Of a DNA stretch of 64,000 nt, positions 38,216 to 49,675 are shown one piece after another. Origin of the DNA: Eledone cirrhosa. Lineage: Eukaryota. Location of the stretch: the NCBI GenBank assembly GCA_964016885.1, contig OZ024747.1, positions 34,596,001 to 34,660,000 of the forward strand. Reading direction: 5' to 3'. The number at the start of each line of letters is the position of its first letter. The stretch's first letter is position 1. The translations under genes and the position numbers were made by a program. The notes under the pieces are model-generated. The model saw only the letters and a program-made list of their open reading frames with translations. It had not been told where the DNA came from and searched no databases.

Positions 38216-40166
38216 TTTTCTTTATTAACCACAAGGGTTTACATAAAGTAGACATTAAGGACAGTACAGGAAAATACAGGACGGTACAAATGGGCATTTC
38301 TGCGTGTAAAAAAAACAGAGGATGAAATAAAATAAAAAGAAAAATTCCCCAATAGGGTGGAGACTTCCGAGGGACATTTGTGGAGAAAGCCCATTAAAAG
38401 ACCACAGTGGCCCTGTCCACCAGGGCAAGTGCCCTCTCCCAGTTTTCCACCTTTAATTTACAGACACATACTCAGAGAAAGCCCATTCATTCGGGCCATA
38501 CTTGCTTCTCTCACCCATCTTTCAACAAAATGCTTGGAAGAGAGGACTTCCCTCTCTACCCTGATTTTCCTTTTCAGATGAAATTTGAAAAAGTTAATCA
38601 GGGCATCACCGAAGAGGTAAGTGCCCGTTTCAGCCCTTTCAAACGTGTCCACCATAATATCTCTTTCGCCATGGCCACCATACAGATAAAAACTGCCTGC
38701 CCTTCCCGGCTAAAGGGAGAGGGCGGCGCAATCCTCACGATGGACTCAGCTGATAGCTGGATCCGTCCTACACGTGACAGCAGGTGTTCGACATAAACCC
38801 ACAAGTCAGCAATGCTCGGGGACACTGGACGAGTGCGTGCAGGACGGTTTCGTCGCCCTGTGCGCATCTCGGACATGCCCGGCTGACGGCATCTCCATGC
38901 CTGTAAAGTTTATCCCGAACTGGCAAAGCACCCCGGTAGCACTGCCAGGCCAGGGATTTCTGGAAGTTGTCCATAGGCCCCGGCCCGAAAGTCCTTCCGA
39001 AGTGATTGGCTAGTTGATTTTCGTCGACTCCTAGATTTTCTCCAAGTACGTCGTCGCTCTTCCCCTCCACTAATCCCCTATAGAACGCCAAGGTGGAGTT
39101 TCCACCGATTACATTGCCCGATTGGTCGAGGGCTGTGTTTCAAAGAACACGTCCACGGTTCCATACTTCTGCCCACGTCTGATGTGGGTTTTTCTTGCCC
39201 ACACATGTCCCAAAGCTTTTTGGATTTGGGACTCGGATGCCCGTTCCACTCGGCGCGATTTTACATTTATTGTTCGATACGACACGGTGCATAGGCGCCG
39301 ATGCTCCATTTTATTAGGTGGGGGGGGGGGGGGGGGGGTGAGGCTGACCCTGTACCCATCTTTCTTTACCGTTTGTTTGGCATTTTCTAAATCCTCCTGA
39401 GTTACCGTAAATGCTTCGAACTGTTTTGCTACTCTGGGGTTTTTATAATGTCATTGTTGTTGTTGCTATCGTTATTTGTGTTAATATTAATTTTAGTTTC
39501 AGTTGTGGTGGTGGTGACGTCAGTCGTTTTGCTACTCTGGGGGGTTTTATAATGTCATTGTTGTTGTTGTTGCTATCGTTATTTGTGTTAATATTAATTT
39601 TAGTTTCAGTTGTGGTGGTGGTGACGTCAGTCGTCTTTGGTGGGGAAGAGTCCATTTTGCTTGATTTCATTTCGACATCACGAGTTAATTTATTTTTTTC
39701 TTCTTTTGTTTCTGTTGTCGCGGTGCTGGTGGGGGGGTGGTTGTCGCGGTGGTGGTGGTGGTGGAGGCTTTAACACCTGCAGTCATTGGTAATGGCGGTA
39801 AATGAATGTCTGCCTGAGACAAATTTAAAATATTGCTAGTGTTTATATTTTTTGTAGTGTTGGCAAACGTAGTAACATTTACAATGGTGGTGTCGGTGTG
39901 AGGTGTTAATTTGTGAGGAAGGATTTCAGCTGCTTGGTGCAGAGGTGAATTAGCCATTTTTTTCAAAGACATTTTTTTGATAATAATAAAAGTTTAAATT
40001 TTGGGCACAAGGCCCCAATCTTTTTGGGTGTCCTTTTCGGAAAACAATGTATGTGCGCTTATATATGGTTAACAATAAAAATGTTCCATAAATGGCAATT
40101 TTTAACAAACGGAAATAACAAACCTTTGCGGAGCTCACGATGATACGATTTACTACGAAGGTCGCC
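38214..40166 (-). mobile_element. Tx1/L1-like LINE, B-type 5' end, internally deleted (~4.1 kb lost)
   Basis: The 5' end GGCGACCT and ORF1 start match 49676 onward. At ~39136 ORF1 (TVDVFFET) is fused to late ORF2. The 3'UTR is intact and (AAT)n lies on both sides. Confidence 0.92.
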
Positions 40167-40198
<32 letters not shown>

Positions 40199-40200
<2 letters not shown>

Positions 40201-41298
40201 GGACACTAAAAAACATAGGCACTAAAAATAGACTGGAAATAAAGTACAAAACCAGGAGGAAAAAGCTAAATATTATCATAGAGGAACTGAAGCAACGCAT
40301 TGTAGCAAAGAGTGCAAAAATCAGGCGATACGAGAACAGAGTCAGTCAGTATAAACAGAACCGCATGTTCGACAACAACCAGAAGATGCTGTTTGGACAG
40401 CTTGAGGGGAAAGAAAGAGGCAACGATTTGATCCCTGAGGCGGAACAAACTAAAACATTCTGGAGAGGAATATGGGAGCAGGATGTTAGACATAATGACC
40501 AGGCAGGGTGGATTGAGACAGTACAGAGGGAGATCGGTGAGCAGGCACACCAACAAACTGATTTGAGTATCACAGTTGAAACTCTTAAGAGGCAGGCCAA
40601 AAAACTAACCAACTGGAAATCACCAGGCCCAGATGGTGTGCAGGGGTATTGGATTAAAAATTGAACATCCCTCCACCCGAAACTGACAACCATGTTCAAT
40701 GACTGCTTGATGTCAGGTGAGGTACCATAGTGGTTGACAAAAGGTACCACAGTTCTGATAATGAAAGACCGAATCAAGGGTAATGATGTTACCAACTATA
40801 GACCTATCACATGTCTGTTCGGAATGTGGAAACTGTTGACGAGCATTGTGTCTGAGGAAATCTACCATCACCTCCACACAAAGAACTTGTTGCCGGACGA
40901 ACAGAAAGGATGCCGAAAGTAGTCACGTGGTACAAAGGACCAGTTACTTATTGATAAGATGGTAATGGGGAATTGCAGGAGGAGACACACTGATCTTGCC
41001 ATGGGATGGATAGACTACAGAAAGGCATTTGACATGGTGCCTCATTCTTGGATCACCAAAAGCCTGGAGATCTTTAAGGTTGCAGACAACATCAGATGGG
41101 CAGGTGTATGAGGTCCTGGGAAACAGAGTTGCCATCAACTGGAGAACCCTTGTGAAGCGTGAAGATCAAGAGAGGTATCTTCCAGGGAGATAGCCTGTCC
41201 CCTCTGTTGTTTGTCCTTGCCCTGATGCCCCTGACCATTATGCTGCGAAAAGTGAGAGCAGGATACAAGTTGGGAAAGGGAGAGCTTACCATCAATCA
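40199..41298 (+). mobile_element. R4/Dong-like non-LTR retrotransposon fragment (N-terminal half of RT)
   Basis: [49 protein letters not shown] and GIFQGDSLSPLLF, with stops; it breaks just before the catalytic YxDD motif. Confidence 0.85.
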
Positions 41299-43751
41299 CC
41301 AGTCAGGCGAGGCTTAGGACAAGGTACGACGGTTAGGCGGTAGCAGATGACAGACGCGATGTACGCGTTAGCCACCTCCGCTCGACCTTTCAGGGATAGC
41401 TTCCTCTCCGCCCATTTATGGGTGAGAGAAGCCACCCTGCTCGTCACCTCGTCCCAGTTTTTGTCCGTCTGGAGGTCCGGACCGAACCAGACCCCTAGCA
41501 ATTTAACCGGTCCGTCCGTCCAGCGCCCGACGACGCTGTTGGACGGCATGGACCTGCCTCTCCAGGTGCCGAGCTGCAGGCCCACTGACTTTTCCTGGTT
41601 GATCATTGCTCCTGTCACCGCTTCGTATTCTCTTAGTGTAGTGCCGATCGCCTCGATGTGTTTGGCGTTCGACACCACTACGGTGACATCGTCCGCATAT
41701 GCTGATACGGATCTTCCGCATCCTAGTTCGCGCGGGACTCCCCTCCACGTCTCCAGTTTGTGCAGTAATGGCTCGAGAGTCAATACGTACAAGAGGGACG
41801 AGAGGGGACATCCTTGGCGGACCGAGCGCATGATGTTGAACGGTTCCGACAGGTGACCGTTCACTCTCACTACAGAGCAGATGTCGCTGTGCATGGCAGC
41901 GATCCAGCCTCTGAAGACGGGCCCAAAGCCAGCCGCCCTCAGGACTGCCGCTAGGTAACGATGGTCGACCCTATCGAAAGCTTTCGACTGATCTAAATTG
42001 ATCAAGGACCCACCCGTGCCAGGTTCCCTAGCTACCCTCTCTACGATGTATCGCATGAGGTGGAGGTTGTCGTGGATGGATCTGTCGGGAATGGCGCATG
42101 TCTGCGCCTCTCCCACCAGACCATCAACGACAAGCGCCAACCTCTTTGCTAGCACCTTGGCCAAAATCTTACACTCTGTGTTTAGCAGAGTTATGGGCCG
42201 GAAATTGTCTATGTTATCCCCCTTGTTCGGATCCTTTCTCAGCAGTTCCACCGCTCCTCGGCTCACAGAACTGGGAATTCTCCCGTTCTGTTGCCAGTTG
42301 CAGTAGACGTCCGCCAAGAGGCCTCCGAACAAGTCTGGCATCTGTACGTAAAGTTCATAGGGCAGACCATCCAAACCAGGCGATTTACCCCTTGTGCAGC
42401 CAGTCATTGCCTCCCGTACTTCAGCGGCTGTTATCGGCTTTTCGCAGCACTTCGCCTCAGTGGCCGAGAGCCGCGGCAGTCCGTCGAGGTAGACACTAAA
42501 GTCCATCCCTCTACCCGGCCCCCCGCTGCCCCCGAACAGCTGAGCGAAGTGTCGCTGAAAAGCTTCACACATTTGCCCGGGATCGAGTAGCATGCGCCCG
42601 TCGTGGTCCACCAAAGACCGGATCGTGGCTTTGTTGCCACGACGCGCCTCCGCCACTCGGGCCCATTGAACGGCTTTCGTCCCCTCGTGTCTGAGAGCAC
42701 GCACCCTAGCTCTGACAACGCAGCCTTCGTGCTTTGCATTGAAGAATTGGTCAAGGGCCAATTTCGCCGCAAGCACGTCGGTCGCAATGCCTTTGCTAAG
42801 CGCCTCGTCTAATTTTCTAACTAGTTCTCCCTCTGCTCTATTTTTCTCTATTGCTAAAGCCTTACTAAACCTAATCGATTCTATTCTAATCGCTCTTTTC
42901 AGAGCAAACCACCACTTGTTGTTGACGATGGCCCCCGTCAACGCCCGCTTAACTAGTTCGCTAATCCGGTCTCTGTAGGCCTTGCGCGCTGGTAAGGACG
43001 CGTTTAGCTTCCAGTAGCCGGGTCCTCGTCTATGAAGCCTATCTAAGTCAAGCACACAGGTCACGAATTTGTGGTCCGTGTAGCTGACTATCTTGAATTG
43101 TGGACAGCCTATGCTAGACCTATCTATTTCCCTACAAAATACTCTATCTAGATATGATCTGGATGACCCTATGCGGTTTGTCCAAGTCCACATTGGCACA
43201 TTCGGGAAATCCAATCGGTACCTGTCAGACAGTTCAAAACGCCTGAGCAGGTTGGTGAGGCTCTTGCACCCTCCACCCCTATCCGCTAATCCCACACAGT
43301 CCCAGCGTGCATCTAAGATCCCGTTCCAGTCGCCCACTAACACTAAAGAGCGGGACGTTCCAAGAAAGGTCTCCAGACGCCGGAAGAAATCAGGCCGCCC
43401 TGCTCCTGTCGGGGCATAGACGGCCACTAGCCTGAAAGCTTGCCCGTCTCCGCTGGTCACGTCCAGCACCACCAGCTTACCCTCTGGGTCCAGGAAGATG
43501 GCCCGTATGGCGAGATCCAAACCTCTCCGAAAAAGCACAGCAACTCCTCCACCCGATCCAGGACGGCTGGGAGATGCGTACACATCGTAGCCGCCGAAGA
43601 TCGGTGCGAAGGCCCGTGCTTCGGAGATTCTGGTCTCGCTGATGGCCACTACATCTATGTTTAGTGACCTGAGGTCGTTGAGCAGGTGACCCTGATTCCA
43701 TGACGACCCCAAGCCACGCGCATTTATGCTGCCTATTCTGAGTGAGGTCAT
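41292..43751 (-). CDS. ORF2 APE endonuclease + reverse transcriptase, C-terminally truncated
   Basis: SINARGL, ISET, GDWN, SYLDR and TDH (APE); KSPGLDG, FRPITLLN, DQSKAFDRV, VRQGCPLS and AYADD (RT). Confidence 0.92.
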   Translation of the reverse strand: MTSLRIGSINARGLGSSWNQGHLLNDLRSLNIDVVAISETRISEARAFAPIFGGYDVYASPSRPGSGGGVAVLFRRGLDLAIRAIFLDPEGKLVVLDVTSGDGQAFRLVAVYAPTGAGRPDFFRRLETFLGTSRSLVLVGDWNGILDARWDCVGLADRGGGCKSLTNLLRRFELSDRYRLDFPNVPMWTWTNRIGSSRSYLDRVFCREIDRSSIGCPQFKIVSYTDHKFVTCVLDLDRLHRRGPGYWKLNASLPARKAYRDRISELVKRALTGAIVNNKWWFALKRAIRIESIRFSKALAIEKNRAEGELVRKLDEALSKGIATDVLAAKLALDQFFNAKHEGCVVRARVRALRHEGTKAVQWARVAEARRGNKATIRSLVDHDGRMLLDPGQMCEAFQRHFAQLFGGSGGPGRGMDFSVYLDGLPRLSATEAKCCEKPITAAEVREAMTGCTRGKSPGLDGLPYELYVQMPDLFGGLLADVYCNWQQNGRIPSSVSRGAVELLRKDPNKGDNIDNFRPITLLNTECKILAKVLAKRLALVVDGLVGEAQTCAIPDRSIHDNLHLMRYIVERVAREPGTGGSLINLDQSKAFDRVDHRYLAAVLRAAGFGPVFRGWIAAMHSDICSVVRVNGHLSEPFNIMRSVRQGCPLSSLLYVLTLEPLLHKLETWRGVPRELGCGRSVSAYADDVTVVVSNAKHIEAIGTTLREYEAVTGAMINQEKSVGLQLGTWRGRSMPSNSVVGRWTDGPVKLLGVWFGPDLQTDKNWDEVTSRVASLTHKWAERKLSLKGRAEVANAYIASVICYRLTVVPCPKPRLTGD

Positions 43752-46097
43752 GTTTAAAATAGAGTGGAAAAGATGGGAAAGACCACTTACCGTACTTTTG
43801 GTAGAGGAGGGATGGTTTTTACATCCCTTTTCACTTGATCGTCTGGTGAAGGGACCGTTGAATCGTCCCTTCGGCTGGTCGTCGGCTCTTCTAAGAGAAT
43901 GTCTGAGTATACTCTTCGATTGATGGTTCCTCCTAGGTCCCTGAAATCACCAACTGCGTTGGGGAATTTCGTTTTAATGTTTGTGTATTGTTTCTGTGCT
44001 ATTTTTAGCAGTCTTATGTTAGTTGGCGTTTTGATTGGTGCTGGTATTATGTAGTCCTGTTGTGAAATGTCTGTGTGTTGAATTATGTAAGTCATTAGTT
44101 TCTTGTTGTGTGTGTTTATTGCCGTGCATTTGTTTTTCTGGGGGTGGGGTGTGGTTCTGCTATTTTCTTGTCGTTGTTGCTGGGTGTGTGTGTTTTGTTG
44201 TTGTGTTTGCGATGTTGGTGCTTGTGGTGGTGGTGTTGAAGGTGTTGTTGGCGGTGGGGTTGTCGCCGGTGGTGATGGTGGTGCTGGTGTGGGTGGTGAT
44301 GGTGTTGGTGGTGTTGCTGCTGTGGGTCTCTTTGCAGTAGACTTTACCCTTTTCTCATTTCTTTCCTCCCTTTTCAAAGGCGACGATGCGCTGCTTCTGC
44401 GTTTGTGCCTTCTTGCGACCTTTTGCCATCCCTCTCCCACCTCACACTCCATGTCTGATTCTGTAAGGTCGGGGAGGGGTACCAGCTCCACTCTTTCACT
44501 TGTTGTTGTTGGTGATGTTTGCACTGGAGTCTCTGTTGCAGCTGCATTTGGTATTGCTGTTGTTGTTGTTAATATTTCCACTGCTGCTGCTGTCTTTGAT
44601 TTCCGTGGAGTGGGTATGGGTGCCACGGACCTATCGTTCCTGGTTGCCGCTTGTCCTGTTGCTGGTAGCCGTGGAGCCGGATTCGGAAGGAGGGGGGTTT
44701 TCTCCTTTCTCAGGGTCTTCTCGTTGCAGAAGGCCCTGAGGTGAGTCTTCGATCCACAGCGAAAGCATTTCGGGCGTTTTCCCTCAACACTTATGGGCAG
44801 TTGAGTGCCGTTATCGAAGTCTATCACATCCGGGATAGCTTCGATGCACTCCTGGTTGGTTTGGATTAGCATCTCAATGGAGGAGCCGACCCAATCTTCT
44901 CTTACTTTTTTCTGTACTTGCAGTACAGTTGTTTTGTCCTCGATTCCGACGAGGACAGACGCGGCCAGCCAAGAAGGGGTCATTCCGGGGGGGGACGTGG
45001 GTCAGTTTGACCCTCACAATGTTCTGCCCGCAGTAGGAGGGCACCAACACCATTTCCTCGCTCCTTAGGGTCACTACTGATTGGGCCTTTGCCTCCTGGG
45101 GTGTGGCAAAAAGTACGTCTACGGTGGCGTATTTTTTGCCTCGGGTGATGTGCGTTTTCCTCTGCCACACAGACCCCAAGGCTTTTTGTATTTGGGCCTC
45201 TGTGGCTCTTTCCACCCTACGGGATTTTGTACTTACTGTACGGTACGTGACCGTACAGTGCTCTTGGGTTTCGAAAAAATTTTTCGCTGCCTTGCAGATT
45301 GCTCGGTGTCCGTTCTTTGTCACCATCTTCTTCGCTTCCTCTAATTCCTCATTTGTTATGAGGATTGTTTCCAAGTTTTTCGCAATACCTGCAAATGAGA
45401 TTGGTTTTTCTCTGCTGTTGTTGTTGTCGTCAGAGCTGCTGGTACTTTTGTTGTTGCTGCAGGTACTACGACTACTGCCTCCGCCGCTGTTGCTGTGGTT
45501 GTTGTTGGTGTTGCTGCTGCTAATGCTGTTGTTGTTTATGCTGCTGGTGATGCTGTTGCGGCTGCTACTGTTGTTTTCATTGTCACTGTTGCTGTTGTTA
45601 TTACGGCTGCTACTGCTATTATTCCTGACGTCAGACGAATGAACTGGGTTTTCGTATTTCCCGCACACCTGTTTCGTCGCTGTCGTCGTCGTCGTGGAGA
45701 AACCTTGCACGCTTTGCACGAGACTTTTCTTTTCTTTCGTCGCTTGCGAAAGAGAAGGGAGGGAGAGAGACACATTTAAAGAAGGGAGGGAGAGAGACAA
45801 TCTTCTCTCTGCTGTAGTGATGATTGAGGAAGAAGAAGACGGAATGAGTGGGAGTGACGTATGAAATTTCTTTTTCGTAGCCATGTTTTTTTGTTTAAAA
45901 TGAAATTTTGGGTACAAAACCCCAATAACCGGTTATTTAACCCCGAAGGGCCAAATAACGGACAGAAAGACCCCTCTCACGAGGAGGAGGGTGTCTTTAT
46001 CAACAATTTGGTTCAAGTTTTAAACAATTTACAATTGTTTTAACGGTTAAAAATTACTATACCTTACAGAGCCGAGCCTCCGTCAACCATGGCATTC
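41299..46097 (-). mobile_element. Tx1/L1-like LINE, A-type 5' end, 3'-truncated
   Basis: 5' GAATGC next to (TTA)n; ORF1 45884-43787 with one frameshift at ~44990; ORF2 open from 43751 to the break. Confidence 0.95.
43787..45884 (-). pseudogene. A-type ORF1 (gag-like, CCHC knuckle), frameshifted
   Basis: Starts MATKKKF; contains CFRCGSKTHLRAFC (CX2CX4HX4C); an extra C in a homopolymer at ~44990 shifts the frame relative to the 55860 copy. Confidence 0.85.
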
Positions 46098-46126
<29 letters not shown>

Positions 46127-46128
<2 letters not shown>

Positions 46129-47488
46129 TTTTCTTTATTAACCACAAGGGTTTACATTAAGTAGACATTAAGGACAGTACAGGACAATACAGGACGGTAC
46201 AAATGGGCATTTCTGCGTGTAAAAAAAACAGAGGATGAAATAAAATAACAAAGAAAAATTCCCAATAGGGGGGAGACTTCCGAGAGACATTTGTGGAGAA
46301 AGCCCATTAAAAGACCACAGTGGCCCTGACCACCAGGGCAAGTGCCCTCTACCAGTTTTCCACCTTTAATTTACAGACACATACTCAGAGAAGGCCCATT
46401 CAGTCGGGCCATACTTGCTTCTCTCACCCATCTTTCAACAAAATGCTGGGAAGAGAGCACTTCCCTCTCTACCCTGATTTTCCTTTTCAGATGAAATTTG
46501 AAAAAGTTAATCAGGGCATCACCGAAGAGGTAAGTGCTCGTCTTCAGCCCTTTCAAACGTGTCCACCATACTATCTCTTTAGCCATGGCCACCAGACAGA
46601 TAAAAACTGCCTGCCCTTCCCGGCTAAAGGAAGAGGGCGGCGCAATCCTCACGATGGACTCAGCTGATAACTGGATCCGTCCTACGCGTGACAGCAGGTG
46701 TTCGACCTAAACCCACAAGTCAGCAATTTTCGGACACTGGACGAGTGCGTGCAGGACGGTTTCGTCGCCCTGTGCGCATCTCGGACATGCCCGGCTGACG
46801 GCACCTCCATGCCTGTAAAGTTTATCCCGAACTGGCAAAGCACCCCGGTAGCACTGCCAGGCCAGAGATTTCTGGAAGTTGTCCATAGGCCCCGGCCCAA
46901 AAGTCCTTCCAAGAGATTGGCTAGTTGATTTTCGTCGACGCCTAGAGTTTCTCCAAGTACGTCGTCCCTCTTCCCCTCCACTAATCCCCTATAGAACGCC
47001 AAGGTGGAGTTTCCACCGATCACATTGCCCGATTGGTCGAGGGCTGTGAGCGCCTGAAGACATTCCAGTCTCCAAGCGCTCACTCTCGGTCTTCGCTGAC
47101 CCAGGACTGCAGCTCCGTCAAGGAGACGAGCTGGGGAAAAACGTGTCTAGCAAACGCCGACCACACCTGACCACCGTCGAGGAAGAGGTGGAGATGTCGT
47201 AGCCTGAGCGCGTGTCTGCGCATCATCAGCCAGGGCATGCCCAGCCCTCCACGTAGCGGGTGTTGACAGCAGATGGACCGCCTGACCATCGGAGCGCGTC
47301 CCTTCCACAAGAAGCGAAAGAGCAAACGCTCCAGCGCAGTCAGGCGGGGCTTAGGACAAGGTATGACGGTCAGGCGATAGTAGATGATGGACGCGATGTA
47401 CGCGTTAGCCACCTCCGCTCGACCTTTCAGGGATAGCTTCCTTTCGGCCCATTTCTGGGTGAGAGAAGCCACCCTGCTCGTCACCTCG
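46127..47488 (-). mobile_element. Tx1/L1-like LINE 3' fragment, head-to-tail with 41299-46097
   Basis: Runs from EVTSRVASLTQKWAER through the 3'UTR; (AAT)n at 46098-46126 links the two copies. Confidence 0.93.
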
Positions 47489-48672
47489 GAATTGAATGCA
47501 AGGAATAGGATCGATGCCATAAACACGCTTGCCATACCAGTAGTAACCTACAGTTACAATGTCATCAACTGGTCAAGCACAGAGATCCGTAGGCTCGATA
47601 CAAAAATTCGAAAATTCTTAACCATGCACAGAATGCATCATCCTAAGGCAGATATAGATAGAATATATCTCACTAGGAAAGAAGGAGGACGTGGGTTAGT
47701 CCAGTTAGACATTGCGTTGAAAACTGCAACAATTGGATTATCTACATATCTAAGGAAATCACATGATGGATGATCAAACTCGTTTTGAAACACGAAAGCA
47801 TCAACAGATCATATTCCATTACAAAAGATGCACAAAGATACAGTAATGGACTACAAACTTCAGAAGTACCATTTACTGCTGAAATGGAAAACACAGAAAA
47901 AGCAAAGCAGGTAAAAGTAACTGCAAAGAAAGACCTGCTACAGAAACTGGCTAAGAAATGGCAAGAAAAGCCTCTGTATGGAAAATACCTAGAACGAGCT
48001 AACAATCCTGATGTTGACAAAACTTTAACCCATCAGTGGTTGGCATCCTCTGGAGTGAAATCGGATACTGAAGGACTGATTATATCAGCACAAGATCAGT
48101 GTCTGCCAACAAACAATTACCAAGCCAACATAATAAATAATGGATGCAACCCATTATGCCGTGTGTGCAAAAAACAACCAGAGACCATTGACCATATAAT
48201 TTCAATGTGCAGTCCTATAGCTCCAACCGAATACCAAAACAGGCATGACAGAGCTGCACAATACATACATTGGATAATAGACAAGAATGTATGTATAAAA
48301 ACATTTAAAAAATTGAGCAAGTATAAGGACCTGGAGATAGAAATTGGAAAAATGTGGAAATTGAGAACTAAAACAATACCTGTGGTTGTGGGCGCTCTGG
48401 GAATGATACCTAAGGGGGGTCTAATGATTACTTTTCGCAAATCCCAGGAAACCCGCGTATAGGAGAAATACAAAATATAGTACTAATGGGAACTGCCCAT
48501 ATATTGAGGAAGATTCTGTCAATATAAGTACATCACAAGTCTAAACACTAAAGATGAATGTGTGAGTATGTATGTTCTTTCTTGAACATGGCGGACCTTG
48601 TTGTCTCTTGAGATCACTCGTTGTGACTTGGTGATAACTCGTATGAACATAAAGCAAGATAAATACAACTGT
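47489..48672 (+). mobile_element. R4/Dong-like retrotransposon 3' fragment (CCHC finger, deleted restriction-like endonuclease)
   Basis: AINTLAIPV, RKEGGRGL, AQDQCL, CRVCKKQPETIDHIISMC, RHD, KYKDL and PVVVGALG; the PD..D segment is missing; (AAT)n tail. Confidence 0.87.
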
Positions 48673-48703
48673 AATAATAATAATAATAATAACAATAATA
48701 ATG

Positions 48704-48887
48704 GTTTCTACTTTAGGCACAAGGCCAGCAATTATCCAGTGCATTACTGGTACTTTATTTTATCGACCCCATAAGGATGAAAGGCAAAGTCAACCTCGGC
48801 GGGATTTGAACTCAGATCGTAAAGGGACGTAACTATGCTGGAAAGCATGGCGTCCGACCCTCTACCGATACTGCCAATCCACCGCCC
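48704..48887 (-). mobile_element. Young SINE copy in (AAT)n
   Basis: Full-length and near-identical to 49431-49614 in inverted orientation. Confidence 0.92.
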
Positions 48888-48940
48888 TAATAATAACAAT
48901 AATAATATTAAGAAGAATTATAATTATTATTATTATTATT

Positions 48941-49281
48941 CTTTGAATCTCAGTCATTGATGTTAGTTAACTGGAAGGTTTGTTGAAACGAATATCAAGC
49001 CACTACCTGCAGCCTCAGATATTCAGGACGTATCAGGGCCTCTTGCTGTTCCCAGCAAGCATGCCATTTGAAGCGTTCCAAAAATCGTGGCGGGGCCAAT
49101 TTTCTTTAATCATCCCTGGAAACTTTTTGAGATAGTCCCTAGTGCGCCTATGGCAATCGGGATCACTTTGACTTCATGGCAGTTCCAAATCCTTTTTACC
49201 TCCCACTTTAAGTCCTGGTATCGGTTAATTTTCTCCCTCTCCTTCTCTTGTACTCTCGTGTCGAATGGGCAGGCCACATCC
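48941..49281 (-). mobile_element. Short 3' fragment of a second R4/Dong-like element
   Basis: Minus strand DVACPFDTRVQEKEREKINRYQDLKWEVKRIW...VIPIAIGALG; ATT repeats on both sides. Confidence 0.85.
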
Positions 49282-49297
49282 ATTATTATTATTATTA

Positions 49298-49334
<37 letters not shown>

Positions 49335-49336
49335 TA

Positions 49337-49410
49337 TTTTATTACATCCTCTGTTTTTTACACGCAGAAATGCCCATTATGTAAACCCTTTTGGTTAATA
49401 AAGAAATCAT
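49337..49410 (+). mobile_element. Mini fragment of the Tx1-like 3'UTR
   Basis: TTACATCCTCTGTTTTTTACACGCAGAAATGCCCATT joined to ATGTAAACCCTTTTGGTTAATAAAGAAA, followed by (TTA)n. Confidence 0.8.
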
Positions 49411-49430
49411 TATTATTATTATTATTATGA

Positions 49431-49614
49431 GGGTGGTGGATTGGCAGTATCGGTAGAGGGTTTGACGCCATGCTTTCCAGCATAGTTACGTCCCTTTACG
49501 ATCTGAGTTCAAATCCCGCCGAGGTTGACTTTGCCTTTCAACCTTACGGGGTCGATAAAATAAAGTACCAGTAATGCACTGGATAATTGCTGGCCTTGTG
49601 CCTAAAGTAGAAAC
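49431..49614 (+). mobile_element. Young SINE copy in (TTA)n
   Basis: tRNA-like head (TGGCAGTATCGG A box, GAGTTCAAAT B box), GCCTTTCA..GGGGTCGATAAA core and (TTA)n tail. Confidence 0.92.
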
Positions 49615-49615
49615 A

Positions 49616-49666
<51 letters not shown>

Positions 49667-49675
49667 ATTATTATT

